Source of the DNA: Candidatus Poribacteria bacterium
Lineage (GTDB): Bacteria > Poribacteria > WGA-4E > WGA-3G
NCBI GenBank assembly: GCA_965205015.1
Contig: OZ242029.1
Location: 4,416,001-4,480,000, forward strand
Length of the DNA: 64,000 nucleotides
Direction of reading: 5' to 3'
Made by a program: the position numbers and the translations under genes. Positions 30,009 through 40,574 of the stretch are shown one piece after another. The notes beneath the pieces are model-generated. The model was not told the origin of the DNA. It saw nothing but the letters and a program-made list of their open reading frames with translations, and searched no databases. Positions within the stretch are counted from its first letter, which is position 1. Every line of letters starts with the position of its first letter.

Positions 30009-31590
30009 ATGAAAAAAGATTATACCGAACTGATCCAACGCACCCTTGAAGGCGATAATGATGCTTTTGCCTGCTTGGTTAGAAAGTACCAGAAGAGGGT
30101 TCACGCGCTCGCATGGCGGAAAATAGGAGACTTCCACATTGCTGAAGATATTACACAAGAAACGTTCCTACAAATCTATCGGAAATTGCCGACCTTGAAA
30201 GATCCGTGTCGGTTTCCGGGGTGGCTTTATGTTATCACCAATCGTCGCTGCCTCGCGTGGCTCCGCAAGAAACGGATTCAAACGCAACGCTTGGAGGAGA
30301 TAGATACAGCAATGTCAGAGAAGACATCCTATTCCAGACATATCGCTACAGAGCAGGCGAAAAATGCAGCGGAAGCACAACGCGAACTTGTTAAAAACTT
30401 ATTGGCGAAGTTGAAGGAAAGCGATCGGACCGTCATAACTCTCTACTATTTGAGCGGGATGACTTATGCAGAGATAGGTGAGTTTTTAGGTGTGTCAGCG
30501 GATACCGTTCGAATGCGGGTCCGCCGTGCGCTGCAACGCTTAAAGAAGCATGCCCCGCTGATTCGAGAAGCACTCGGTAGTTTCCAACTGTCTCCCAATT
30601 TAACTGAGAATATCATGCGTGAAATTCCGCGTATCAAACCCCTACCTCCTACTGGAGGAAAGCCACCGGTTGTACCGTGGGCAATTGCCACCTCGATCGC
30701 CATTTGTATTGTAATAATGCTCGGAGCCAGCAACCAATACCTAATGCGTTTCCAACAGCCCTACAGTTTTGATGCCACATCCGAAATAACGGTGGAGCTT
30801 ATTGATAGCCCCTTTATTCTTGATCTCTCACCAAAACCAGATGTGCGAAATCAGTTTGGAAATTCCGGTATACTTGGTCAGCATGATAGTACTGGTAAGA
30901 AACTTGAAGATATTCTTGAATCACACTTCAATGCTATGGGTGGTCTAACACGGCTATCCAAGATTCGGAGTTTAAAACGTTCCGGTCCCGCACAACTAAC
31001 GCAATTGAGCGGGCGACCTACAAAGTTCCTAGGTATGGTCGAAATAGCAACAGTGATTGGAAAAAAGTCTTATCTCAAACTCGACTTCGGGAAGTTCTTC
31101 AATGAGACGACTGTTCTGGAACGGCATAGAAGGTTGGAAATCCATTTTGAAATCCACTGTATACGATGACACAAGAGAATTGTCAGCAATGGAACTTGAG
31201 ATTGCTAAACAGAGAGCCTATATCACACCGTTTCAGCGAAGTTACGAACAACACGGCGGCAGTGCGTTTAAACAACGCGAAGACGAGACGTTCCAAGACA
31301 AGGAATGCTTCGTGATTCAGATCATTGGGGTAAAAGGTGTAGAGAACATTTTCTATTACATCGACAAAAAATCCAACCTACTTATTGGAATTAAAGCCCC
31401 GAACACTGATTCTACCTTTAACAGTGATACTGTGATTATTCATTTAGGTAATTACGCTAAATATAATGGTGTAATGTTCCCCAATTTCCGGCAAGTGTCT
31501 ATCGGGAACAATGAATTAAATGCCAATTACACTTTTACAGAGACAGAAATTAATGTTACGTTGGATGAGACGATTTTTGAGAAGCCATAA
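30009..31590 (+). pseudogene. ECF sigma factor with TM and LolA-like/outer-membrane-lipoprotein-sorting C-terminal extension, frameshifted near 31116
   Basis: Region 2 AEDITQETF, region 4 TYAEIGEFLGVS; FFNETTV joins WNGIEGW of ORF 31057-31590 if one base at about 31116 is removed. Confidence 0.7.
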
Positions 31591-31660
31591 CAGTGGCATA
31601 AGCATTGTAGAATAAAAATTTGAGTTCTGTTACGAGAACGCCGTAAGAGGTATCTTTCAC

Positions 31661-31707
31661 TGGCGAGGTTGGCAAGAACCCTCACGCTGTGCTTTTTAAC
31701 CTCGCCA
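31661..31707. repeat. REP-like palindrome
   Basis: TGGCGAGGTT...AACCTCGCCA, perfect 10-bp arms; related to 33124-33173 and 42515-42537. Confidence 0.6.
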
Positions 31708-31746
31708 CCTACCTTCTTTTTCATCCTCGATCCCAACTCACTGTCC

Positions 31747-31791
31747 AGAATTATGCACCTATTCACCCGTAATTCGCGTCATTATATAGTG
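31747..31791 (+). promoter_or_regulatory. ECF-type promoter motif, copy 2
   Basis: AGAATTATGCACC-N15-CGCGTCATTATATAGTG. Confidence 0.65.
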
Positions 31792-31895
31792 TGGTGTGGA
31801 TGGATAGGCGTTCTTCGCGCTTTATAAGCGTCCGCACCCGCAAAACGTGTAAGTTATTAAGCTGCTAATACAAACAGCCTTTCTGGAGATGTCTG

Positions 31896-33110
31896 ATGAA
31901 AAGTGATGATGTTGAATTGATCCAACGTATCCTTGCTGGCGATGAGACTGCCTTTGCAAACTTAATCAGAAAATATGAACGGCAAATCCATGCGTACGCC
32001 TTACGAAGGATCGGAGATTTCCACATCGCCGAAGATATTACACAGGAGACCTTCCTGCGCGTCTATCAGCACTTGAAAACCCTGAACGATCCGACCCAGT
32101 TTACAGGGTGGCTTTATGCGATTGTGAATCACCTTTGTATCGCATGGCACCGGAAAAATCAGCTACAGACCCAACCGCTGGAAGAAACCCACATTTCGGA
32201 AATAGAAAGAGAAGCGTATTCCCGATATATTACGACGGAACATGCGAAGACGATTACCGAAGCACAGCGCACTCTCGTCGAAAAACTTCTTACAAAGTTA
32301 AAGGAAAACGATCGCGAGGTTATTACACTCCACTACTTTGAAGAGATGACCTCTTCAGAGATAGGAATGTATTTAGGTGTATCCGAAAATACCATTAAGA
32401 GTCGGCTACACCGGGCGAGACAGCGGTTAAAGAAGTACGAATCTATGATTCAAGAGATGTTAGACATTACGATTGAAGGGGAACACCGTTCCCGAAACCA
32501 GTTGAAAGGGGAAATGAGTGTGACAAAAGAAGCTAAAGATGAAGCCAAAATCGAAGCAAGGCTGAAGAAACTACAGCGTCAGATTGCTGATCTGCAAGAA
32601 GAAATTAAGGTTATCGCAGCTGAATCAGACACTTTTCACCCTGATAACATGGAATTCCTTGATCCGGAAAAAAGTGTAGCTCTTAGGACGTTATGTCGCC
32701 TCTCCGATAGTGATGAAAGGGCAATTTCGTGGGGTTATGTCGGCGGCTATCGGACCTCTCCCGGCAAAACAACTGCCCGCGTTGCATTCTGGGGGGATAA
32801 CCTCAATAGTTTCCTGACGAAAGCACCAGACACTGAAATCGTGAATCTTGCAAGTCTCTTCACAAATCCCACGATAGTTGCCGTTTTAAGACAATTAGTA
32901 GCAGGGAAGCAATCCATTGCGGATCTGGCAAACAGGTGTGACCTCTCTGAAAGTGAAGTAGGGAAAGCCGTGGAGACGTTAATGGAAGCAACCTTAGTGG
33001 TACGCACGGAAAACGATCTCATTGAACCGAAAAACGATGTCGTTTCCTTCTTCCTGAACTTTGTGAGTATGACAATCGTACATCTCGGGCACATCAGACC
33101 TGAGAATTAA
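31896..33110 (+). CDS. ECF sigma factor fused to coiled coil and ArsR-like winged helix
   Basis: AEDITQETF; EIGMYLGVSENTIKSRLHRAR; C-terminal NPTIVAVLRQL...SIADLA...L-x-x-x-x-LV. Confidence 0.88.
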   Translation: MKSDDVELIQRILAGDETAFANLIRKYERQIHAYALRRIGDFHIAEDITQETFLRVYQHLKTLNDPTQFTGWLYAIVNHLCIAWHRKNQLQTQPLEETHISEIEREAYSRYITTEHAKTITEAQRTLVEKLLTKLKENDREVITLHYFEEMTSSEIGMYLGVSENTIKSRLHRARQRLKKYESMIQEMLDITIEGEHRSRNQLKGEMSVTKEAKDEAKIEARLKKLQRQIADLQEEIKVIAAESDTFHPDNMEFLDPEKSVALRTLCRLSDSDERAISWGYVGGYRTSPGKTTARVAFWGDNLNSFLTKAPDTEIVNLASLFTNPTIVAVLRQLVAGKQSIADLANRCDLSESEVGKAVETLMEATLVVRTENDLIEPKNDVVSFFLNFVSMTIVHLGHIRPEN

Positions 33111-33123
33111 ACTTAGTTCTCAC

Positions 33124-33173
33124 TGGCGAAGGTCTTAGAAGAACCAAAACTCGGTTTTTTCTGACCTTCGCCA
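33124..33173. repeat. REP-like palindrome
   Basis: TGGCGAAGGTC...GACCTTCGCCA, 11-bp arms just after the stop codon. Confidence 0.6.
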
Positions 33174-33234
33174 CTGCAACGCCATATCTTAGGCAAACCT
33201 TCTAACAAATATTTCCTTCCAAACCTATTTTTCC

Positions 33235-33278
33235 AAAATTATGCACCCTTTTCTCTCAATTCGCGTCATTATATAGTG
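33235..33278 (+). promoter_or_regulatory. ECF-type promoter motif, copy 3
   Basis: AAAATTATGCACC-N14-CGCGTCATTATATAGTG. Confidence 0.65.
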
Positions 33279-33382
33279 AAGCGAATCAATAGGAGGTTTC
33301 TTTGTGCTCCATGCGTGCATCTATCAGCGAAACGGGCAATTGCACAGGACCCGTGGTAAAATAGTCTTTCTGGAGATGTCCA

Positions 33383-34558
33383 ATGAGAAATGATGACGTT
33401 GCCTTGATCCAGCGTATCCTTGCAGGTGATGAATCTGCTTTTGAAAATTTGATTAGAAAGTACCAGAAACAGGTTCACGCGTTCGCATTTCGGAAAGTAG
33501 ATGATTTTCAGACCGCCGAGGATATTACACAGGAGACTTTCCTGCGCGTCTATCAGAAACTTGCAACGCTAAACGACCCAGCAAAATTTTCAGGGTGGCT
33601 CTATGCGATTGTGAACCATCTGTGTATCGCATGGCACCGAAAAAACCGGTTACAAACTGAGTCGCTGCAAGATATCCATATCTCGGAAATAGAGACAGAT
33701 GCGTATTCTCGATACGTCGCCGTAGAACACGCAAAAACGACTGCTGAGGCACAACGTGCCTTGGTCAAAAAGCTGCTTACCAAGTTGAAAGAAAGCGATC
33801 GCGAGGTTATCACACTCCACTACTTTGAAGAGATGACATCTTCGGAGATAGGGATGTATTTAGGTGTGTCTGAAAATACGATTAAGAGTCGACTTCACCG
33901 CGCTCGACAGCGGTTAAAAAATTACGAGTCTGTGATTCAAGAAATGTTAGACATTACAACTGATGGGGAACATCGTTCCCAAGACCCGTTGAAAGGAGAA
34001 ATTAACATGGCAGATGCAAACAAACTCACGGCAGATCTTGAAGACATACAGCGTCAGATTGCCGATTTGCAGGAGCAAATTCAGGTTATCGCAGGTGAAT
34101 CGGATGCCTTTCTTAGCGCCGAAAAAAAAGAAGCAGTGTCAACATTATGCCGACTCCCCCATAATGCTGAAAGACCCATCACCTGGAGCTACGGGGGCAG
34201 CTATCGCACCCGCGCCGGAAAGATGTGGAAACGTATCTCACTCTGGACAGATAGCATTGACGATTTCATATCTCGAGCACCGGATGACGCGATTGCGAAC
34301 CTCGCTAATATCTTCACAAATCCGACTGTCGTCGCTGTTTTAAGACAGTTGGTGGAGGGTAAGAAATCGGTTGAAGACTTGGTACACGGATGCGACACCT
34401 CGGAAGGTGAAATAGAGAAAGCTGTGGAAACCTTAATAGACGCGCAGTTAGCCGATCGCACGGAAGACAATCTCATTGAACCCAAAAACGATGCCGTGTT
34501 CTATTTTCTGAATTTCGTAGGTATGACAAGAGTCCATCTGGATCCAAAAGACCACTAA
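33383..34558 (+). CDS. ECF sigma factor fused to coiled coil and ArsR-like winged helix (paralog of 31896)
   Basis: Highly similar to the preceding gene over its whole length. Confidence 0.88.
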   Translation: MRNDDVALIQRILAGDESAFENLIRKYQKQVHAFAFRKVDDFQTAEDITQETFLRVYQKLATLNDPAKFSGWLYAIVNHLCIAWHRKNRLQTESLQDIHISEIETDAYSRYVAVEHAKTTAEAQRALVKKLLTKLKESDREVITLHYFEEMTSSEIGMYLGVSENTIKSRLHRARQRLKNYESVIQEMLDITTDGEHRSQDPLKGEINMADANKLTADLEDIQRQIADLQEQIQVIAGESDAFLSAEKKEAVSTLCRLPHNAERPITWSYGGSYRTRAGKMWKRISLWTDSIDDFISRAPDDAIANLANIFTNPTVVAVLRQLVEGKKSVEDLVHGCDTSEGEIEKAVETLIDAQLADRTEDNLIEPKNDAVFYFLNFVGMTRVHLDPKDH

Positions 34559-34637
34559 TCCGAGTCCAGTACTGAAAGGGAAGACTGGGACAGTCTGTCT
34601 CCAGCCTTCCCTCCTTCTATCCAAAGGGAACCATTCA

Positions 34638-36149
34638 ATGTTTTTGGTGTTACTGAGGCGTGAGATTCTCGCGCATCTGATCACATTCCGTTTTGCGGTG
34701 ACCGTAATTGCCTGTCTGCTGCTCGTTGTCATAACCACGCTTATCAGAATCGACGATTACGAGAAACGATTGGCGGGTTACAATACCGCCAGAAATGCCA
34801 ATCATGCAGAACTGTTGTCCACCCGAACGTATTCCCTTTTAATGCCAAGGGTCGATCGACCCCCGAATCCACTGAGCATCTTTAATGCGGGTATGGACAA
34901 CCGACTTGGTAATACGTTGCGGATCTATTACACGAATGTCCCTGTCCTCTGGGACGCTCAAACCCACAGTTCAGGCAATATTTTCATCGATCACTTCTAT
35001 CAAATTGACCTCATCTTCATTTTTCAGTTTGTGCTTTCATTGCAGGCACTCCTGTTCGCCTATGATGCGATTGCAGGCGAACGTGAAACCGGCACAATGC
35101 GTTTGACGATGAGCCATCCCGTAAGACGGGGAAGCGTCTTGGCAGCGAAGTACCTCGGTGCAATGACGTGTCTAATCCTGCCACTGATCATCAGTTTTAT
35201 CATCGCTCTGGTTTGGATCGTGTCAACGGGTTCGATTGTTTTCAGTAGCGATGATTTTCTACGTATCGCCGGCATCCTGCTAACTTCGATTATCTATCTT
35301 TCTGCAATCTACCTGATAGGATTGTTGATTTCCGCTTGGGTACACCGCACCGCCACAGCACTCATGATTTCTCTGTTTGTCTGGGTGGTACTGGTGTTGG
35401 TTTATCCTTCTCTTAGCGTGTCTGTGGTTGATCAACTGATAAAACCTCAAGGGAGTAGGATAGATTCCAGTTACGATGCGATGCGGCAAATACGACTGGC
35501 AGTCAATAAAGAAGAGATGGAATATCTTAACAACGATCGAATCGAAGGCGAAAGTGATCGCTTTAACTTGGATGGGGCTCTTGCACGTGGATTACATGTC
35601 GGTATTGGCAACAAACCGACACTGATGCGTATAGATTTCAAAGGGTATGATTGGCAACACATCAGCTCGGAATCTGAAAAATTCATTCCTCATGCCATTC
35701 GCTATCATCAATTCTTAACACCCTTACGCATTGATGCAGCAGAGAAAATAGGATTGATACGCCTGCCTACACTGAAGCAACTCCGATTTCGGAGAGCCAG
35801 AATTGCTCGGAACCTGCTTCGGCTCTCACCGGCGGCGATGTATAACCTCGCAACACAAGCATGGGCAGGTACCGACCTCTATGGGGTCGAGGATTTTTTT
35901 CAGACAGCACGCCACTATCGCCGGACGCTGGTCAATTACTTTTACGACAAAGACGCCTTTTCAAGCAGGCAATGGTTTGCCAGTGATAAGGGCGCAATTG
36001 ATTTAGATGATCTCCCAAGATTTGTCTACCAGCGTGCGGATCTCTGGACAAATGCTTCACGAGCACTCCCTGACTTGCAGCTGCTTCTACTGCTCAACGT
36101 TGCGTTGTTCCTGGCGACATTCACGATTTTCGTCAGACAGGAAATTTAA
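34638..36149 (+). CDS. ABC-2 type transporter permease
   Basis: YDAIAGERETGTMRL...P-x-x-R-x-x-VLAAK. Confidence 0.85.
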   Translation: MFLVLLRREILAHLITFRFAVTVIACLLLVVITTLIRIDDYEKRLAGYNTARNANHAELLSTRTYSLLMPRVDRPPNPLSIFNAGMDNRLGNTLRIYYTNVPVLWDAQTHSSGNIFIDHFYQIDLIFIFQFVLSLQALLFAYDAIAGERETGTMRLTMSHPVRRGSVLAAKYLGAMTCLILPLIISFIIALVWIVSTGSIVFSSDDFLRIAGILLTSIIYLSAIYLIGLLISAWVHRTATALMISLFVWVVLVLVYPSLSVSVVDQLIKPQGSRIDSSYDAMRQIRLAVNKEEMEYLNNDRIEGESDRFNLDGALARGLHVGIGNKPTLMRIDFKGYDWQHISSESEKFIPHAIRYHQFLTPLRIDAAEKIGLIRLPTLKQLRFRRARIARNLLRLSPAAMYNLATQAWAGTDLYGVEDFFQTARHYRRTLVNYFYDKDAFSSRQWFASDKGAIDLDDLPRFVYQRADLWTNASRALPDLQLLLLLNVALFLATFTIFVRQEI

Positions 36150-36265
36150 AGATAGATGTGTTTGTCATGTAGAAACCATTTATTGGCCACCTCACTTAGG
36201 ACTTTCAAAATGATCGCGAGCAGGAGATCGCTCCTAGAAAAACAAGAGGCAACTGGAGATAGCAG

Positions 36266-37738
36266 ATGATTTTCCACATCGTCAAACGCGAACTTTATGA
36301 TCACCTGAGCAGCCTCCGTTTCGCGCTGACAACGCTATTGATCCTCGTACTGATGATCGTTAATGCTGTCACATATCTCGGAGAATACAAACAGCGAATG
36401 GGCAAATATCAAGGACAAGTTGCTTGGTCACGGAACGAGTTGAAATCTCGAGGATCGAGTCTGTATCGTCTGGTTCTAAAGGGTCCGGGACACCTCTACA
36501 AAAAACCGAGTCCTTTGGCTTTCTGTGCGGACGGCGGAGAAAAAGTCTTACTTGGCGAAGTCCGTGGCAATACTGCGGGTCGGACACGTCGATGGCGGAG
36601 TGGCGACGCTACGTATAAGTTCACAGAAATCTGGGGGTTAATATATCCGCCCAATACCGACCTTCTGTTTATTTCGGAGCAGATACCCACGGAAAGAAGC
36701 ATCATGCCGGCTTATATCAAAATCGATTGGGGATTCGTGACTGCAGTGCTATTGAGTTTCATGGGCATCCTGTTTACATTCGATTCGATCTCGGGTGAGC
36801 AGGAACGTGGCACGCTACGGTTGATGCTGGCAAACAGTATTTCACGGAACACCCTGCTTTGCGGCAAGTTTCTCGGCGCGTTTTTCACCATCACTATTCC
36901 CTTCCTGATTGGAACGATCGTCAGTCTCTCCATCATATACCTTTCCGAAGCTGTTCAGTTCAACAACAGTCATTGGATGAGGGTGGGCGCCATTGTTTGT
37001 GTCGCGCTGATCTATACCTCAATATTTATTTTCTTGGGCCTCTTCGTTTCCAGTCGTGTTAAAGAGTCTTCAACGAGCCTCGCGATTCTCTTGTTGATTT
37101 GGACGGTTTGGGTGGTGCTGCTGCCAAACGCACTGGGGTCTCTCGGTAACCGGTTGCAGCCCCGACCCACTCCCAAAGAATTCATGGCGCAGGTTCAAGA
37201 TTCGCGCCAAGATTTGCAGACCCGTTATTTTGCGAGGATGAAAGAACCGCCCCGACGAGAAACTCCAACGACAATCGCAACAGCGTTAGGTGCGGAATAT
37301 GTTAATAAAGACGCAGAATTGCGCGATCGCTTGCGTGCAGACTACCTTTCCGCCGAACTCCGCCAAATCCAAACTGCTCGGTCCCTGACCCGCATTTCAC
37401 CAGCAGCGGTTGTGCAGTACGCTTTTGAAGGGTTTGCAGGCACAGGTTTTGCTCGCCATTTAGACTTCATTTCTCAAACACGCCAATACGCAAAACAGTT
37501 TCGACAGTTCCTCATCGATACGGATCGGTCAGATCCAGAAAGCCCGCACGCCGTTGGTATCCTGGAAGGCACATCACAGAAACCTGTGAACTTCGATGCC
37601 ATCCCTAAATTTGAGGATCAACACCGCTTTGGGACGGATCTTAATGCCTCAATTGTCGATCTGCTGCTATTGATCCTGTTCTTACTGGTGCTGTTCATTG
37701 GCACCTTCCTCTCTTTTCTCCGCATGGAGATTGGGTGA
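36266..37738 (+). CDS. ABC-2 type transporter permease
   Basis: FDSISGEQERGTLRLML...LLCGKF. Confidence 0.85.
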   Translation: MIFHIVKRELYDHLSSLRFALTTLLILVLMIVNAVTYLGEYKQRMGKYQGQVAWSRNELKSRGSSLYRLVLKGPGHLYKKPSPLAFCADGGEKVLLGEVRGNTAGRTRRWRSGDATYKFTEIWGLIYPPNTDLLFISEQIPTERSIMPAYIKIDWGFVTAVLLSFMGILFTFDSISGEQERGTLRLMLANSISRNTLLCGKFLGAFFTITIPFLIGTIVSLSIIYLSEAVQFNNSHWMRVGAIVCVALIYTSIFIFLGLFVSSRVKESSTSLAILLLIWTVWVVLLPNALGSLGNRLQPRPTPKEFMAQVQDSRQDLQTRYFARMKEPPRRETPTTIATALGAEYVNKDAELRDRLRADYLSAELRQIQTARSLTRISPAAVVQYAFEGFAGTGFARHLDFISQTRQYAKQFRQFLIDTDRSDPESPHAVGILEGTSQKPVNFDAIPKFEDQHRFGTDLNASIVDLLLLILFLLVLFIGTFLSFLRMEIG

Positions 37739-37804
37739 TTTTCAAACGCTATCATACCACTGAAGGTTAAGAGATCGACCTACTACAAACATTCATTCCT
37801 TGAT

Positions 37805-37833
37805 TTGACTTTTCTTGCTAAATGTGCTACTAT
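37805..37833 (+). promoter_or_regulatory. sigma70 promoter of the TA operon
   Basis: TTGACT-17 nt-TACTAT. Confidence 0.55.
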
Positions 37834-37926
37834 CTTAAAATTGACCGTGGCGACGCGCGGTTCAACAGGTTTTCCGTGTGTCCTGTAATATCGGTATAAT
37901 GTGTTTCAACACACAAAAGGTTAGGA

Positions 37927-38265
37927 ATGCGGAACACAGCACCCAGAAAACTACAAGTCTACCGGGACCAAAACAAACGACAGCCTTTCACGGAATGGTT
38001 TTACGCAATTCAAGATATAAAGACGCGAACGAGAATTCGCAAACGATTGGACCGGCTTGAAGATGGGAATTTTGGCAATTGCAAATCTGTTGGGGACGGT
38101 GTCTTTGAGCTACTTCTCCACTTTGGTCCAGGCTATCGCATCTATTTTGCCCAAAGCGATAACACGCTCGTTCTTTTACTCTGTGGTGGTGACAAATCAT
38201 CGCAGAAACAAGACATTGCGCGTGCAAAGAGCTATTGGTTACAATATAAGGAGACACAACGATGA
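37927..38265 (+). CDS. RelE/ParE-superfamily toxin (addiction module killer, HigB-like)
   Basis: PFTEWF...RLDRL-x-x-GNFG-x-x-KSVG-x-GV-x-EL...GPGYRIY...LLCGGDKSSQ-x-x-DI. Confidence 0.92.
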   Translation: MRNTAPRKLQVYRDQNKRQPFTEWFYAIQDIKTRTRIRKRLDRLEDGNFGNCKSVGDGVFELLLHFGPGYRIYFAQSDNTLVLLLCGGDKSSQKQDIARAKSYWLQYKETQR

Positions 38266-38660
38266 CAGAACTCAGAACATGGCACGAGGTCTTAATAGCA
38301 GATCTCGCTGCTAATCGAGCTGAAGCAATCGACTATTTTGATTTGTCACTGCAGGAATACCAACTTGACGGTGATACCTCCTTCTTTCTCAAAGGGCTCC
38401 GCAACATTATAGAGGCACTCGGTGGTGTCCCCGAAATTGCAAAACAAACGGGTACGGAACCGGAAAGCCTCCTTGAAGTCCTATCCAGCGACGATCCGCC
38501 ACGACTTGATACACTCAACATTCTTGCTAACGCATTGGGATGTCGGCTGTCAATCGAACCGCTGGAGACTGTAGAGCCAAGCCATCAAGTTGAGGATAAG
38601 GAGTATCCGGTTACGGCCCGAGAGTCCGAACGTCTCGGTCTCGGAATTGCTACCGACTGA
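38262..38660 (+). CDS. Addiction module antidote protein (HTH)
   Basis: ATGA overlap with the toxin; GG-x-x-x-IA...P-x-LDTL-x-x-L-x-x-ALG. Confidence 0.85.
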   Translation: MTELRTWHEVLIADLAANRAEAIDYFDLSLQEYQLDGDTSFFLKGLRNIIEALGGVPEIAKQTGTEPESLLEVLSSDDPPRLDTLNILANALGCRLSIEPLETVEPSHQVEDKEYPVTARESERLGLGIATD

Positions 38661-38689
38661 GGACAAACAGAGAAAGGAAATAACCCATT

Positions 38690-38914
38690 ATGGACGGCTT
38701 CAGTATAGGTTTAGCCATAGGTATCGGTGTGGGCTTTAGCGGAGGTTTCGGTGGAGGAATGGCTGCAGGAATCGCAAGCGCGCGTGAGACACTTCAGAAG
38801 CAGCTGCGCAAAGCAAAAAATGATAACGAGGTTTCCATTTGCGATAAGAATGGCGATCCATTGACGGTCGACGCACTTTTCGTGATGCTCGACAAAAACT
38901 ACAAAAAGGTTTAA
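38690..38914 (+). CDS. Small Gly-rich membrane protein
   Basis: AAGGA RBS; Gly-rich TM followed by a charged tail. Confidence 0.6.
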   Translation: MDGFSIGLAIGIGVGFSGGFGGGMAAGIASARETLQKQLRKAKNDNEVSICDKNGDPLTVDALFVMLDKNYKKV

Positions 38915-38950
38915 TCCTGTAAAGATAAGCTCTCAACGTTCAAAGTAACT

Positions 38951-39739
38951 ATGCCAATACCGAATTTCCCCGATAAATATAAATCGCGTCCCATCGTCAC
39001 GCCACAACAGCACGTCGCGTACTTCCGTCAACAAGGCTTTATCCCCGATTTCCCGATTCCTGAGAGTGTCATTTTCTGCTATGAAGGGAATCTTCTGGAT
39101 CGTATTACCCGCACTGAAAGTGTGGAACAGGTTCATGGCGTAGGTGGAGGCTTCTATCTGCTGACTGAAACCGACAATCGCGTGGCAGTTAGCGGAAATA
39201 ACGGCATCGGTGCGCCCGGTGTCTCAATGATTCTTGAACTTCTGATAGAATTGGGGGTTAAACGATTTATCAACGTAGGCATCGCTGGTGGATTACAAAA
39301 AAGTTCTCACATTGGTGATGTCGTTGTTTGCACCAGTGCCATTCGCGATGAAGGTGTTTCATACCACTACTTAGAAGACCCTTCGGCACCCGCATTGCCA
39401 TCTGAAAATTTGACGGAGACACTTAGACAGACGCTTGAACGTGAAGGGATCCCTTATACGCAGGGACCAACATGGACGACCGATGCCTTTTTTCGTGAAA
39501 CGATTGGAGAAATTCAACACTATCAACAGGAAGGGGTTGTCACGGTTGAGATGGAGGCTGCCGCTTTATTCGCTATCAGTACGCTGCGGAGCGTGGATAT
39601 GGCATCAGGGTTTGTCATCAGTGACCTGGTAGCAGATTTGGTATGGGATCCACAGATCCTCACCCAAGAAACATACGAGCGTTTATTTCGTTTGTATCAG
39701 GCGGCGCGTGCAACCTTAAACGAAACGAATAAAAACTAA
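38951..39739 (+). CDS. Nucleoside phosphorylase (PNP/UDP family 1)
   Basis: GIGAP, AIRDEGVSYHY, WTTDAFFRET, VEMEAAA. Confidence 0.92.
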   Translation: MPIPNFPDKYKSRPIVTPQQHVAYFRQQGFIPDFPIPESVIFCYEGNLLDRITRTESVEQVHGVGGGFYLLTETDNRVAVSGNNGIGAPGVSMILELLIELGVKRFINVGIAGGLQKSSHIGDVVVCTSAIRDEGVSYHYLEDPSAPALPSENLTETLRQTLEREGIPYTQGPTWTTDAFFRETIGEIQHYQQEGVVTVEMEAAALFAISTLRSVDMASGFVISDLVADLVWDPQILTQETYERLFRLYQAARATLNETNKN

Positions 39740-39752
39740 TAAGGAAAAATAA

Positions 39753-40574
39753 ATGGCAATTTTAACACAAGCACACCGTGAACACTTCGACGCATACGGC
39801 TACATGGTCATTGAAAATGCCGTTCCAACTGAACTTTGCGATGAAGTCGTCGATGCAATCTTTGCGTTCTTAGAAATGGACCCTTCAGACCCAAATGGCT
39901 GGTACCGCGCCCCTCACAAACCCGGCGCGGGCATGGTGGAGATGTACCAACACCAAGCCATGTGGAACGTCTATCAACATCCACCGATCCATCAAATCTA
40001 TACCGAGGTCTACGGCACCCACCGGATTTGGGTACACCCCGACCGCGTCAACATGAAACCCCCGAAACATCCCGACTATCCTGACTGGGATCATAAGGGG
40101 ATGTACCACTGGGATGCGGACACCTCGAAACTACCAATCGGTTTCGGCACTCAAGGTGTCCTGTTCCTGACCGACACAACCGATAATCAGGGGTCTTTTG
40201 TGTGCTGGCCCGGCGCACATAAGTCGCTGATTGACAAGGAAAACCCATGGGTACCAGAAATTTCGCCGGAACATTTCATTCAAGTGCCTGCGAAGGCGGG
40301 TGCCTTGCTTATATGGCATAAAGCACTTCCGCACGGCAATGGTCGCAACACCTCCGACAAACCACGGCTGGCGCAATACATGAACTTCTATCCTGTCCCT
40401 GACCCAATAGATGAGGAGCGACGGCAAGAACGCATTACACTATGGCGGGAGCGGAGAGCATTGGGACGAGGTCCCTATCCAGGCGACCCACGCGGTTGGG
40501 AAGCGAAGAACTATGGACCGGCAGAACTGACATCCTTGGGACGAAAACTGCTGGGACTTGATGTATGGGACTAA
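39753..40574 (+). CDS. PhyH-family dioxygenase
   Basis: HFDAYGY, HWD, PGAH, WHKALPHG. Confidence 0.9.
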   Translation: MAILTQAHREHFDAYGYMVIENAVPTELCDEVVDAIFAFLEMDPSDPNGWYRAPHKPGAGMVEMYQHQAMWNVYQHPPIHQIYTEVYGTHRIWVHPDRVNMKPPKHPDYPDWDHKGMYHWDADTSKLPIGFGTQGVLFLTDTTDNQGSFVCWPGAHKSLIDKENPWVPEISPEHFIQVPAKAGALLIWHKALPHGNGRNTSDKPRLAQYMNFYPVPDPIDEERRQERITLWRERRALGRGPYPGDPRGWEAKNYGPAELTSLGRKLLGLDVWD

